Positions 12,801 through 20,162 of a DNA stretch of 64,000 nt are shown one piece after another. Position 1 is the stretch's first letter. The number at the start of each line of letters is the position of its first letter. The stretch is from Candidatus Cloacimonadota bacterium. Lineage in GTDB: Bacteria; Muiribacteriota; UBA6191. The stretch is from NCBI GenBank assembly GCA_019454875.1, contig JACFNL010000001.1:83648-147647 (forward strand). Reading direction: 5' to 3'. The translations under genes and the position numbers were made by a program. Below the pieces are notes generated by a model. It worked only from the letters and a program-made list of their open reading frames with translations. It was not told where the DNA came from and did not search any database.

Positions 12801-14020
12801 CCAAAGGGATATTTCACGGGAAACGGGGTCAGATTAGGAAACACTGGAGCACCATAAGGGTAGGCCACCACCTCATCGGGATATACAACCTGAGGTACAC
12901 CAGGGGTTCCCGGGCCCACAGATATTGCATAAGGGCCTGTAATGGTGGTTTTTCTGGACTGCTCAGGACTGACTACCGTGGTAAACCGAATAGGCAGAAG
13001 AAAGGAATCTACAAATGCATTGGACTCCCGTTTTGGCTGTGCACCAGGTAAACCAACTGTACCATCGGGGCTTCTAAACAATGCAGGATTGTTCTCGACA
13101 AAACCCGAATATTGAATCGTCATCAAAACCCCACTGCCTGAAGAATTGGTAGCATTGAATAAATCAAGCTTGTTAAAAACCACCTGGTAGCGAAACCGAT
13201 TGTTAATGGGATTCAGATTAGGTTTTAGGGTTTCAACCAAGAGAGGTGCATCAATACAGTTGGCTGTTCCCTGACAGGTAAAAAAATCAATGTTTGGGCT
13301 ATCTGGCGGCCCCTGATTGGAATCAATAAAAATAAAATTGCCCGAGTCTGTACCTGTCTGAAAGACATGAGGCCCAAAAAACCAGGGAGACGCATCCGTA
13401 ACCCCGGTGATTGTAGTTATGTCAGTGGCATTTGCTACAGTCAAAGCAGTATTAGCCGGTAGATTAAACCCAATCGGAGTGACATTTTGACCATTGGATG
13501 TAATTGTGCCCAATGCTCCAAAAGTAACTGTACAGTTTCCGGCAGTGACACATTGAAAGGACCCATTACGGACAGGAAAATTGATTGTTCCCGTACCTGG
13601 TGGATTGGTTATTTCAAATCGTACCGGTCTGTCATTGGCGTTTCTGGCCCAGGCCAAAAGCTGGGTTCTTCCTTCAAACATGGGAAGATTGGGGCTGAAT
13701 ACCTGCTGCTCCGGGGTTAGAGTACTGTTAAAGGGAGGATGGGTAATTGCGGTTAAATGAAGTACCTGCCCAATCTGATTAAAAAATGTGACTTCAACAT
13801 CACCTTCAAGATTGGCAATTCCTGTGCCTAAAGCATCATTATTGTTGGCCGTCTCAACAATGTACTGAAATGGACGCAGGAATTCATTTCCGGTTTCAAT
13901 ACCCTGAATCAAATGCTGCCCTTCGTTTGGTTCATCCTCATAACGAAAGACGGTAATGTCAGCTAGGGAGGATGAAACAAGAAGAGCAAACAAAAATACA
14001 GACCGGATAGAAATCAGCAT
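6896..14020 (-). CDS. Giant secreted surface protein (about 2374 aa from ATG 14020), paralog of the downstream giant, with T9SS-type C-terminal sorting domain
   Basis: Start taken at Met27 (MLISIRSVFLFALLVSSSLADI signal peptide). The 14098 track start is TTG and lies inside the terminator hairpin. Shared blocks with the 2288-aa protein: PMFEGRTQLLAWARN vs PLFEGLTWLYLFARN, NNPALF vs NNPAIF, DGDYEIWISSDD vs DGDYEVIVGARD. C-terminus HWDLRTRSGNEIANGVYFYRLRLETSRKQFVHRGKFAVLR fits the T9SS CTD consensus. Stop TGA at 6896-6898, then 39-nt spacer to the next ATG. Confidence 0.6.
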   Translation of the reverse strand: MLISIRSVFLFALLVSSSLADITVFRYEDEPNEGQHLIQGIETGNEFLRPFQYIVETANNNDALGTGIANLEGDVEVTFFNQIGQVLHLTAITHPPFNSTLTPEQQVFSPNLPMFEGRTQLLAWARNANDRPVRFEITNPPGTGTINFPVRNGSFQCVTAGNCTVTFGALGTITSNGQNVTPIGFNLPANTALTVANATDITTITGVTDASPWFFGPHVFQTGTDSGNFIFIDSNQGPPDSPNIDFFTCQGTANCIDAPLLVETLKPNLNPINNRFRYQVVFNKLDLFNATNSSGSGVLMTIQYSGFVENNPALFRSPDGTVGLPGAQPKRESNAFVDSFLLPIRFTTVVSPEQSRKTTITGPYAISVGPGTPGVPQVVYPDEVVAYPYGAPVFPNLTPFPVKYPFGPSLGPGMYTTFNYNFTGMNDGDYEIWISSDDFTAAQTLNGQSPGAVTASAGRVPGVTAIISVIRDTIPPNSFEVSMVPNRRILIVGDQSEPPLPYLTYQGELFDVTGRVQDERGDENIVQVDLRRDDGVLVTTPGKNGHFEQIPTFGGGSFFQRLDFTPVLPDSTLSPPNPHPAIGGQRGYQLVIYPVDPQLNTSETTSALYVIKDLQPPADPVLLNPVDPSVIVTNRLLTVRVSGSNQNTGVPPDDLREHGNVNMSMTVIDSSGFASVFTTVGNGLFLDPANQSSLLDDNLTWNIPPSPLGGAGLTGVDFFGNVPSTFEFSRIVNLDGFIDGQMTIIIHLEDEVGNRSVNTTSIVFIKDTTGPIIRFSDAERQFSGPDNQFPFPNRLGADDEAFVVSLISPEFTVDTGPDGVQPLVPDPGTMDQLRLVGQVIDGISFIDRVELTGAHVSSVTSNLAGLNLTDAVFFVDVDMSTIPEAQREILDLRGFDQNGISGPTTSVQIFRDVIPARRPVLSDPPIIPFTGRRQVFTSTDSLRIAGSLAPNDAPVLEVAVNQSLRSKVVILTPSTDPGSFVTGQTVPRLPLSSPTTIPRTDSFFSSLPQTAFVASWHEVFVNDDGGFDTRVAIDHLPQSPTIPTTIWVQAVDAFSNTDPQASSEGIEIFYFPGGAPIASLEIIEFRNQLTDIVIFPPSSLPPSLLSTLFTPLESVQFRLRTIIPMVKAPELSLLQFGATTRIASLLTSLPQGSASTVFEYSYSPISQVGRFDGQVQALVSKGVDLFGNAVRSATITTAFYVDSLAPNLATTSPDFLVEEVRPRFIPPQGERVNQQGIEVSVDWDDFVTSNGSLDRSGLNTAASTLEIRGPLHINPENALALLPLTTPVAGFDKTVRILSPLLDGVYRISTVAVDNVGNQHPFYSSFVYDQTPIAQPLLLTNPTDKSVISRFPTTGGSAFVDLIIQRLDTNENLSGFSLFDPLGNPVSLSTTSIIAPNHLRRFLTVPPVYDGSIDGLYQIHIFAVDKSGNTTEKIHSFLLDSQAPVFKGFYPPAGTCQRGPISILDVITQDLPGRLDVPVPVSGVARESRLKLFLAEPYLPTNPEAQPGFIGGDSELLSVEEAIPTSLYKLAFLPSGTPTTPKILATDGSLDGKMELQAKILDYAGNIREETSHFFYDNQAPSIRIQDFSEGRLFLTTLGINLEVFGSIQDDGPCHFFVGGAQHSQNTTLSVGLRFFDPNNQVAGAPVLFPQPVDNLIPKAETSFPYHSAQADFGFTTSIPGIFPAGFYEVELVSEDQAGNSFVMKRVLSLLQANRGIPRILFPPDETVQNGESSPWIQSSALMRVEWEMISGLNQVEIEVRRLLGSASGVVFQKIYPATDLFSELISLTPTSPASGLEPFEVRIRGLNSLANSTPFSPPRTFFLDGRPFFLENASLITGNQIQNLSSKDTTLSTNVFELELSFSKPYLQRPDGSFASGSVILKNMGQTVMLKSMPPGSSTTQKIRFTGEIPINPRQSYPRENLELSISDFSDLLGQKMSGFTTMITPDFGAEVSLRLFTNPVSNKELVAVVRFVSARGLLEEMPIERQNNLLISPQFQLLKNQAIRPIQALAVEERILEGRVVAHTYTMPLVFQGNESGFFFLRTRVTDRYGRWIEKENEIRVEAYEPKASLSLVLPQSGYHLDLMVPETQKPGSVWLGGNLSPIQKISGELELLYDARIFGAGSEANGLEAKLKISPSVARIGSLTHAGVYEVLGDGQLLYAGDLNASHIRLGRDYVVARDMVDPKLEWTGADAMVSGWFDAPFELSDSGSGPDWQSLSVKLDDVSLDWDRKRQDQISLFVPKAQSSREVSLNISARDRSGRETRLQKSVLMLAGEGLEWVQVAPSPVRKSQDLSIEFFANEPAVRAWFGVYDAASRLVATQEMTPVLGRNRMHWDLRTRSGNEIANGVYFYRLRLETSRKQFVHRGKFAVLR

Positions 14021-14056
14021 GCAGATGAACACAGGCTGGAGTATAACAAATCGACC

Positions 14057-14085
14057 AAAAAAAAACTCCCGCGTAAACGCGGGAG
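14057..14085 (-). terminator. Rho-independent terminator (or attenuator) directly after pilA and before the giant genes
   Basis: Minus strand reads CTCCCGCG-ttta-CGCGGGAG (perfect 8-bp GC-rich stem, 14066-14085) followed by T9 (plus-strand A9 at 14057-14065). It starts 26 nt after the pilA stop. Confidence 0.6.
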
Positions 14086-14110
14086 TGATATAAATCAATC
14101 AGCTAACAGA

Positions 14111-14515
14111 TTAGCTGCCACAAGTGTATACATCTGGCTTGCAGTCTGAACCTACACAACCATCAATAGCACCGTGAAATTCACACCATACATCGCCTTC
14201 CTTATTGGACTTGTAATTGTCCTTTCCGGAAATACAGCCTGGATCTTTAGGAACTGATTGCAGATATTTAGCTTTTGCCAAAGTATCCAGATCACCCTGA
14301 TTCTGGATAGTCTTCTGCTCTCCTGTATCAAGGTTGTACATTTCCAAAGCACCCAGAATGGTTTTCTGGTTGGCATAACATGCTCTCATGTTGGATTTCT
14401 CTCTGGCCTGCCTGAAGTTTGGAATCGCAATGGCCGCCAAAACCCCGATGATCGAAATCACAATCATCAGTTCGATCAGGGTAAAGCCCCTGCGCTTTCG
14501 CAAAATTTTCATCAT
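14111..14515 (-). CDS. pilA: Type IVa major pilin PilA, with an unusual Cys-rich C-terminal region
   Basis: Class III leader MMKILRKRRG|FTLIELMIVISIIGVLAAIAIP (prepilin peptidase site G|F, Glu at +5). Mature C-terminus carries 6 Cys: CISGKDNYKSNKEGDVWCEFHGAIDGCVGSDCKPDVYTCGS. The ORF-track N-extension to 14599 overlaps pilC and is not credible. Confidence 0.8.
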   Translation of the reverse strand: MMKILRKRRGFTLIELMIVISIIGVLAAIAIPNFRQAREKSNMRACYANQKTILGALEMYNLDTGEQKTIQNQGDLDTLAKAKYLQSVPKDPGCISGKDNYKSNKEGDVWCEFHGAIDGCVGSDCKPDVYTCGS

Positions 14516-14585
14516 CACTCCTTTAAAAATTTTCCCATCACCTGAAAAGTAAACTCCAGAACAGGAAGTATGGTTCAAACTATTT

Positions 14586-15797
14586 TTAATTATCTGCACC
14601 GTTCACAAGAGTTAACATGGGCATAAACACCGCAAGTACAATTCCACCAATAATCAAACCCATGAACACAATTACAACTGGTTCGATGATGGATGTCAAA
14701 CCTTTGACGGCATTGTCTACCTCAACCTCATAAAAATCGGCAATTTTCATAAGCATTTTGTCAAGTTCCCCGGTTTCTTCTCCTACAGCAATCATCTGAA
14801 CCACCATGGCAGGAAACACATTGGATGCCTTTAACGGGTCTGCAATACTTTCTCCCTCACGAATCGAGTTTCTAGTTGAATCTACAGCTTCCTTAATCAC
14901 CATGTTTCCGGCTGTAGCAGCCGTTACTTCCAGGGCCTGCAAAATGGGAACTCCCGATGTAATCATGGTGCCAAGAGTACGGGTAAACCTAGCCACTGCC
15001 ATCTTTCGCATCATGTTACCAACAGCAGGCATTCTTAAAATATTGACATCGTAAAGCCTCGCCCCTCTTTCGGTTCTGAAAAACTCAGAAATTGCCAGAG
15101 GCACTACCACAAGGGAAGGAATAATGATGAACCAGTAGCCAATCAGAAGATCGGAACAGTTTAATAAAAACACCGTAATAAACGGAAGTTCCACATTCAT
15201 GGACTCAAAAATGGATTTAAACTGCGGCAATACAAACATTACCAGGGCCAAAACCACCAGGCCGGCGATGGATAAAATCACAACCGGATATGTTAACGCT
15301 CCTTTTACCTTTGACTTAAGAGCCTCAGAGCTTTCCAGGTAAGTAGCCAGCCTCTTTAAAATACCGTCAAGAATACCACCTGCTTCTCCGGCCTTTACGA
15401 GGTTTACAAACAGAGCATCAAACACCCGTGGATGTTTGGACAAAGCCGAGGACAAGGTTGAACCACCTTCTACCTCAGTTCTCACCTGGGATAAAACTTT
15501 TGCGAATGCAGGATTTTCGGTCTGACCCTGCAAAATGGACAGACAACGAACCAGCGGTACCCCGGAACCCATCATTACCGAAAACATCTGGGCAAAGATG
15601 GAGACATCCTTGGTTCCGACCTTGCCTTTAAACAGGGAAAAGCTGAGGGCACTGCCCTTTTTCTTTTCCAGCTTAACGATGATGTAACCTTTCTCCCTGA
15701 GACGGGAGCGCACCTGCGCTTCGCTATCACCATCGGCCTCGCCGTTTATTGTTTTACCACCATCAAGGCTCTTGGCTTTGTAAACATATGTAGCCAT
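14586..15797 (-). CDS. pilC: Type IV pilus inner-membrane platform protein PilC (GspF family)
   Basis: 403 aa with two GspF-type repeats and three TM segments. Position between pilT and pilA. Confidence 0.85.
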   Translation of the reverse strand: MATYVYKAKSLDGGKTINGEADGDSEAQVRSRLREKGYIIVKLEKKKGSALSFSLFKGKVGTKDVSIFAQMFSVMMGSGVPLVRCLSILQGQTENPAFAKVLSQVRTEVEGGSTLSSALSKHPRVFDALFVNLVKAGEAGGILDGILKRLATYLESSEALKSKVKGALTYPVVILSIAGLVVLALVMFVLPQFKSIFESMNVELPFITVFLLNCSDLLIGYWFIIIPSLVVVPLAISEFFRTERGARLYDVNILRMPAVGNMMRKMAVARFTRTLGTMITSGVPILQALEVTAATAGNMVIKEAVDSTRNSIREGESIADPLKASNVFPAMVVQMIAVGEETGELDKMLMKIADFYEVEVDNAVKGLTSIIEPVVIVFMGLIIGGIVLAVFMPMLTLVNGADN

Positions 15798-15893
15798 CAG
15801 TTCTCCCTGCTCGGACCTTACCCTGTCTTAATTATAACCATGAGAGCAGAAACCGACAATTGTTCAGGCCCAATTCTCTTGATCCCGATGAAT

Positions 15894-16955
15894 TTATCCA
15901 TCTTTGAGCATACGGGATAACTCATCCTGCCTTGTGGAGTGTCTCATGGCCTCCTCATAAGTGATGTCCCCTCTTTTATAAAGGGTCTTAAGGGAATTTT
16001 CAAATGTCATCATGCCAATGTTCTGGCTGGTCTGCATAATTGTATAAAGCTGCTGAATCTTGTGTTCACGAATACAGTTCTGCACGGCAGCATTGGTCAA
16101 AAGGACTTCCTGGGCACAGACCCTTCCCTTGCCAGAAGCCATTGGCAATAGCTGCTGGGCCACCACACCCCGCAACACAAAAGACAGCTGTGTGGTTACC
16201 TGAGACTGCTGATGGGGAGGGAACATGTCTACAATCCTGTTGATTGTCTGAGCAGCATCGGTAGTGTGCAGGGTACCAAACACAAGGTGGCCTGTTTCCG
16301 CAAGAGTCATTCCCGCTGAAATGGTTTCCAAATCCCTCATCTCCCCTACTAGAACCACATCGGGGTCCTCTCTTAACACATGGCGCAGAGCCTCGTTAAA
16401 GGATAAGGTGTCCACATGCAGCTCTCTTTGATTAACAATCGATTTTTTATGATAGTGAAGATACTCGATCGGATCTTCAATCGTGATGATGTGCTTTCTT
16501 TGACTCTCATTGATCAAATCAATCAAGGCTGCCAGGGTTGTAGATTTACCGGAACCTGTAGGTCCGGTCACCAGAACAAGCCCCTTATGCATATCTGCAA
16601 ACTTTTTACAGACTGGCAGTACATTCAGTTCTTCCAGGGAAGGAATGGCGGAAGGAATAATCCTGAACGCAGCTGCAATACAACCTCTTTGTCTGTAGAC
16701 ATTCACACGAAATCGTCCAAACCCGTGAACCGAGTAGGACAAGTCAAGCTCCAGCTTTTCTTCAAATTCCTTCTGCTGTTCACTGGTAAGCATATTATAA
16801 ACCAGAGAACGGGTGTCCATTGGGGTCAGCTGGTCAAGGTCTGTGGCCACAAGCTCCCCATCCACACGAATTACCGGTGGTGTTCCCACGGTCAAATGTA
16901 AATCTGATGCCTCATTGTCCACGACCAGATTCAAAAGATCATTTAATACAAACAT
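15894..16955 (-). CDS. pilT: Twitching-motility retraction ATPase PilT
   Basis: 353 aa. Walker A GPTGSGKSTT, Asp box, His box, and PilT-specific AVQNCIREHK (AIRNLIRE motif). Confidence 0.9.
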   Translation of the reverse strand: MFVLNDLLNLVVDNEASDLHLTVGTPPVIRVDGELVATDLDQLTPMDTRSLVYNMLTSEQQKEFEEKLELDLSYSVHGFGRFRVNVYRQRGCIAAAFRIIPSAIPSLEELNVLPVCKKFADMHKGLVLVTGPTGSGKSTTLAALIDLINESQRKHIITIEDPIEYLHYHKKSIVNQRELHVDTLSFNEALRHVLREDPDVVLVGEMRDLETISAGMTLAETGHLVFGTLHTTDAAQTINRIVDMFPPHQQSQVTTQLSFVLRGVVAQQLLPMASGKGRVCAQEVLLTNAAVQNCIREHKIQQLYTIMQTSQNIGMMTFENSLKTLYKRGDITYEEAMRHSTRQDELSRMLKDG

Positions 16956-16979
16956 GAGACTGACTCCGTTTCCAAGCTA

Positions 16980-18701
16980 TTAATGCCCACCTGCTGTAAC
17001 CCTGACCACTTCATCCATAGTGGTCAAACCGATCAAGGCCTTACGAAGCGCAGACTCCCTTAGAGTCAACATGCCTTCCTTACGGGCCAGAGTAGTAATA
17101 TCCTGGGTACTTCCACCCCTAAGAATCAGGGTTTTCATATTTTCCGTCATAGTAAGAACTTCGTATATACCCAAGCGCCCCTTGTACCCGGAACCACCGC
17201 AGGTATCACATCCTGCACCCTTGTACAATCGAAAATTATTGGCATCAATATGCTTCAAATCGAGGTGAGCCAAAAGCTCCTCGGTAATGCCGAAATTCTC
17301 CTTAACCTCTCGTTGACCGCGATATTCTGTTTTGCAGTCCTTGCACACGGACCGAACCAGCCTCTGAGCCTGAATCAGAATAATGGAAGAGGTCACCATA
17401 AAGGCCTCGATGCCCATGTTCAAAAGACGGCCAATGGTACCAGGAGCATCATTTGTATGCAGGGTTGAAAGTACCAAGTGTCCCGTCATTGAGGCTTTAA
17501 TCGCAATCTCGGCCGTCTCAAAGTCCCTGATCTCTCCCACCATGATGATATCAGGATCCTGTCGCAAAAACGAGCGTAGGGCAGCCGCAAAAGTAAGACC
17601 GATATCAGGGCGGCACTGCACCTGATTTACACCCTCAAGCTGGTATTCCACCGGATCCTCTGCCGTCATTACATTCACATAAGGAGTATTTAAGGAGCTG
17701 AGGGCCGAATACAAAGTAGTGGTTTTACCAGAACCCGTAGGACCTGTAATCAGACAGATTCCATAAGGATGGGCAATCCCATCCTTAAATCTTTCATAGG
17801 TAGCTGGTTCAAATCCAAGTTTCCCAAGATCCACCTGTAAGGATGTCTGATCCAGAATCCTCATTACAATCTTCTCACCCCATGTACAGGGAAGAGTAGA
17901 AACCCGAAGATCAATGGTTCTGTTGCTGACCTTGATTTTAATCCTACCGTCCTGAGGCAGTCTTTTTTCAGCAATATCCAGATCGGCCATAATTTTAAGC
18001 CTGGAAGTGATGGCTGCCTGAGCCTTTTTAGGTGGTTTTACATCCACCATAAGCATACCGTCCAAGCGATATCGCACCCTGAGCTCTTTCTCAAAAGGTT
18101 CAATATGAATGTCAGATACTCCCCGATTTACGGCCTGAGAAATGATCAGATTCACCAGTTTAATAATTGGCGCATCATTTTCACCGAGTTCACCGGACAA
18201 TTCTTCCTGAAGCTCATCTTCGGAAGCGGAGCCCATGTCCCCGATTTCTTCCATAAGTTCGCCGGTCTTGGAAGAGTCCCCATACGCTTCATCCAGGGCA
18301 TCATTTAAATCCTTGGCAGTGACAATCACTGGCTTGACAACAAGACCCGTCATCAGGGCAACATCATCGATGGCAAGGATGTTTAATGGATCAACCATTG
18401 CCACTGTAAGTTTATTGCCTACTTTATTAATGGGGATCAGCTGATGCCTTCTGGCAACATGCTCAGGGATAAGTTTGACTGTACTTGGTTCTATCAGATA
18501 GTTGCTAAGATCAATTTGCGGAACATTTAACTGTTCGGACAATACCCGAACAATCTCTTTTTCAGTGACCAGGCCCATTTCAATCAAAATGATGCCCACG
18601 CGTTTCCCGCTCAGTTTTCCCTTGGTCAGGGCTTCCTGCAACTGAGCCGCCGTAATCAGACCCTTTTCTACAAGGGCATCACCGAGTTTAATTCTCTTCA
18701 T
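16980..18701 (-). CDS. pilB: Type IV pilus assembly ATPase PilB (GspE family) with MshEN-like N-terminal domain
   Basis: 573 aa. Walker A GPTGSGKTTT, tetracysteine CKDC...CDTC. N-terminus KLGDALVEKGLITAAQLQEAL ... RVGIILIEMGLVTEKEIVRVLSEQ resembles the tandem RLGxxLxxxGxI...L..AL c-di-GMP-binding MshEN motif. Confidence 0.9.
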   Translation of the reverse strand: MKRIKLGDALVEKGLITAAQLQEALTKGKLSGKRVGIILIEMGLVTEKEIVRVLSEQLNVPQIDLSNYLIEPSTVKLIPEHVARRHQLIPINKVGNKLTVAMVDPLNILAIDDVALMTGLVVKPVIVTAKDLNDALDEAYGDSSKTGELMEEIGDMGSASEDELQEELSGELGENDAPIIKLVNLIISQAVNRGVSDIHIEPFEKELRVRYRLDGMLMVDVKPPKKAQAAITSRLKIMADLDIAEKRLPQDGRIKIKVSNRTIDLRVSTLPCTWGEKIVMRILDQTSLQVDLGKLGFEPATYERFKDGIAHPYGICLITGPTGSGKTTTLYSALSSLNTPYVNVMTAEDPVEYQLEGVNQVQCRPDIGLTFAAALRSFLRQDPDIIMVGEIRDFETAEIAIKASMTGHLVLSTLHTNDAPGTIGRLLNMGIEAFMVTSSIILIQAQRLVRSVCKDCKTEYRGQREVKENFGITEELLAHLDLKHIDANNFRLYKGAGCDTCGGSGYKGRLGIYEVLTMTENMKTLILRGGSTQDITTLARKEGMLTLRESALRKALIGLTTMDEVVRVTAGGH

Positions 18702-18746
18702 ACAGATATCCGTCTGATATTTGATGCATTAACAGTTGCCCTACCC

Positions 18747-20162
18747 TTACCGCTCTGTAGATACCGCTTTGACCTTGGCTAAATAGAACAAAGCCTTTTT
18801 TTCAATCCAGGCATCGTTAAAACTGCCGACCTTACTCTTCAAATATAATGATTCGAAGTAACCACGAGCTTTTTGAAACCACTCCAGTCTCTTCTCAAAG
18901 TCGGCCTCCAGTTCACCCAAGTAATAATGACACATGGAAAGGTAAAACTCAACCAGATGATAGCCAGGATTTCTCACATCACAACGGTTAAAATACTGAA
19001 TTGCCAGACTAAACTGTTGTGTCCTGTATGCCTCAAAGCCTTTGCGGAAATAATCCACGGTAAACAATTTCACCTGATTATTGCCCCAGTCCGCCACCCA
19101 CAAACCACCAGTGGGTGAAACCGCCAGGCCCAGTGGAAAGTTCAGTATGGAATCATTGGGCACAAAACCACTGTTTCTAACCTGCTCCGGCTTTCTTTCT
19201 TCCTGAGCAGAGTGTTTAAGATGCTCGGAAAACTGGGAAACATACCCAATTTCCCCCATTTCTGCTCCTGAACCACTGATTTTTAATACCCTTTGTGATA
19301 TCTGATCCCCGATATAAAGGTTGCCTTCATCATCCAGGGCCAGAGCCTGGGGCATCACTACCCGATTGGATTCAGCCCCGACCCGGATGATTTCTCTGAT
19401 GAAGTTCCCATCCTGATCAAATACCAGAATTTTGGTAGTGCCTGAGTCTACTACAAAATATTCCTTTTGCTGCGGCCACCAGGCCATACTGCGGGGTGCC
19501 TGCAATACTACTTCAGGCTGGTACTCATCAATATTCATGAAATAATGACTTTCACGGTTAAACATTTTGTCCAGACTAAAAACTTCTACACGATTGTTTT
19601 TATCATCTGCCACCCAGGCCATACCCCTTAAATCCACGACCAGGGAATTGGGGTGATTGAGCTGACCGGGTGCAACCCCAGCCTCTCCCATGACAAAAAC
19701 AGGTTCATATTGTTTATTGTATACACGAACACAAGGGCAGGCCGCATCCACAACAAAATACTGATCCTTATGTACCTGAAACTGGACAGGCTCAAGAAGT
19801 CCTGGCAAGGGAAGAATTTCTACAAACTCTCCCATAGTGGTAAATTTCTGGATGCGGCGGTTGCCATAGTCCGTGACATAAATAAAGTCTCCATCCAGTT
19901 CAACATGGGTGGGGAGTAAAAACTGTGATGGCTGATTTCCCCTCTGCCCCACAATTCTTTCAAGTTCATATTCCGAGCCCCGGCTGCGAAAGGTGTCTTT
20001 GCCTTCCAGGTACTTTGAATCAGGAATTATCTCCTGATTTACAATTTTTTTCTGATATCGGGCCTCTAAAAGTGGGAACTGTGATTCAGCCTGAACACCA
20101 ATCAGTACGGTCAAAGACAAAACCAGCTTAAAAACGGCGTTTTGCAGAAATCCTCTGAACAT
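18747..20162 (-). CDS. Secreted NHL-repeat beta-propeller protein with C-terminal TPR-like region
   Basis: Signal peptide from Met32 (MFRGFLQNAVFKLVLSLTVLIGVQA). NHL-like repeats (YVTDYGNRRIQKF, WVADDKNNRVEVFS, LYIGDQISQRVLKI). C-terminal helical TPR-like region. Confidence 0.5.
   Translation of the reverse strand: MFRGFLQNAVFKLVLSLTVLIGVQAESQFPLLEARYQKKIVNQEIIPDSKYLEGKDTFRSRGSEYELERIVGQRGNQPSQFLLPTHVELDGDFIYVTDYGNRRIQKFTTMGEFVEILPLPGLLEPVQFQVHKDQYFVVDAACPCVRVYNKQYEPVFVMGEAGVAPGQLNHPNSLVVDLRGMAWVADDKNNRVEVFSLDKMFNRESHYFMNIDEYQPEVVLQAPRSMAWWPQQKEYFVVDSGTTKILVFDQDGNFIREIIRVGAESNRVVMPQALALDDEGNLYIGDQISQRVLKISGSGAEMGEIGYVSQFSEHLKHSAQEERKPEQVRNSGFVPNDSILNFPLGLAVSPTGGLWVADWGNNQVKLFTVDYFRKGFEAYRTQQFSLAIQYFNRCDVRNPGYHLVEFYLSMCHYYLGELEADFEKRLEWFQKARGYFESLYLKSKVGSFNDAWIEKKALFYLAKVKAVSTER

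Noticed and set aside
14516-14599. N-terminal extension of the pilA ORF (MQIIKNSLNHTSCSGVYFSGDGKIFKGV...) overlapping pilC
   Set aside because: Prepilin leaders are short and basic and end at G|F. The MMKILRKRRG|FTLIELMIV start fits perfectly, so the upstream extension is an open-frame coincidence.
14513-14600. Searched upstream of pilA for a sigma-54 (TGGCAC-N5-TTGC) promoter
   Set aside because: No convincing -24/-12 element found by eye. Promoter left unassigned.
16416-16901. 161-aa plus-strand ORF inside pilT
   Set aside because: Antisense to the highly conserved PilT ATPase. Spurious.
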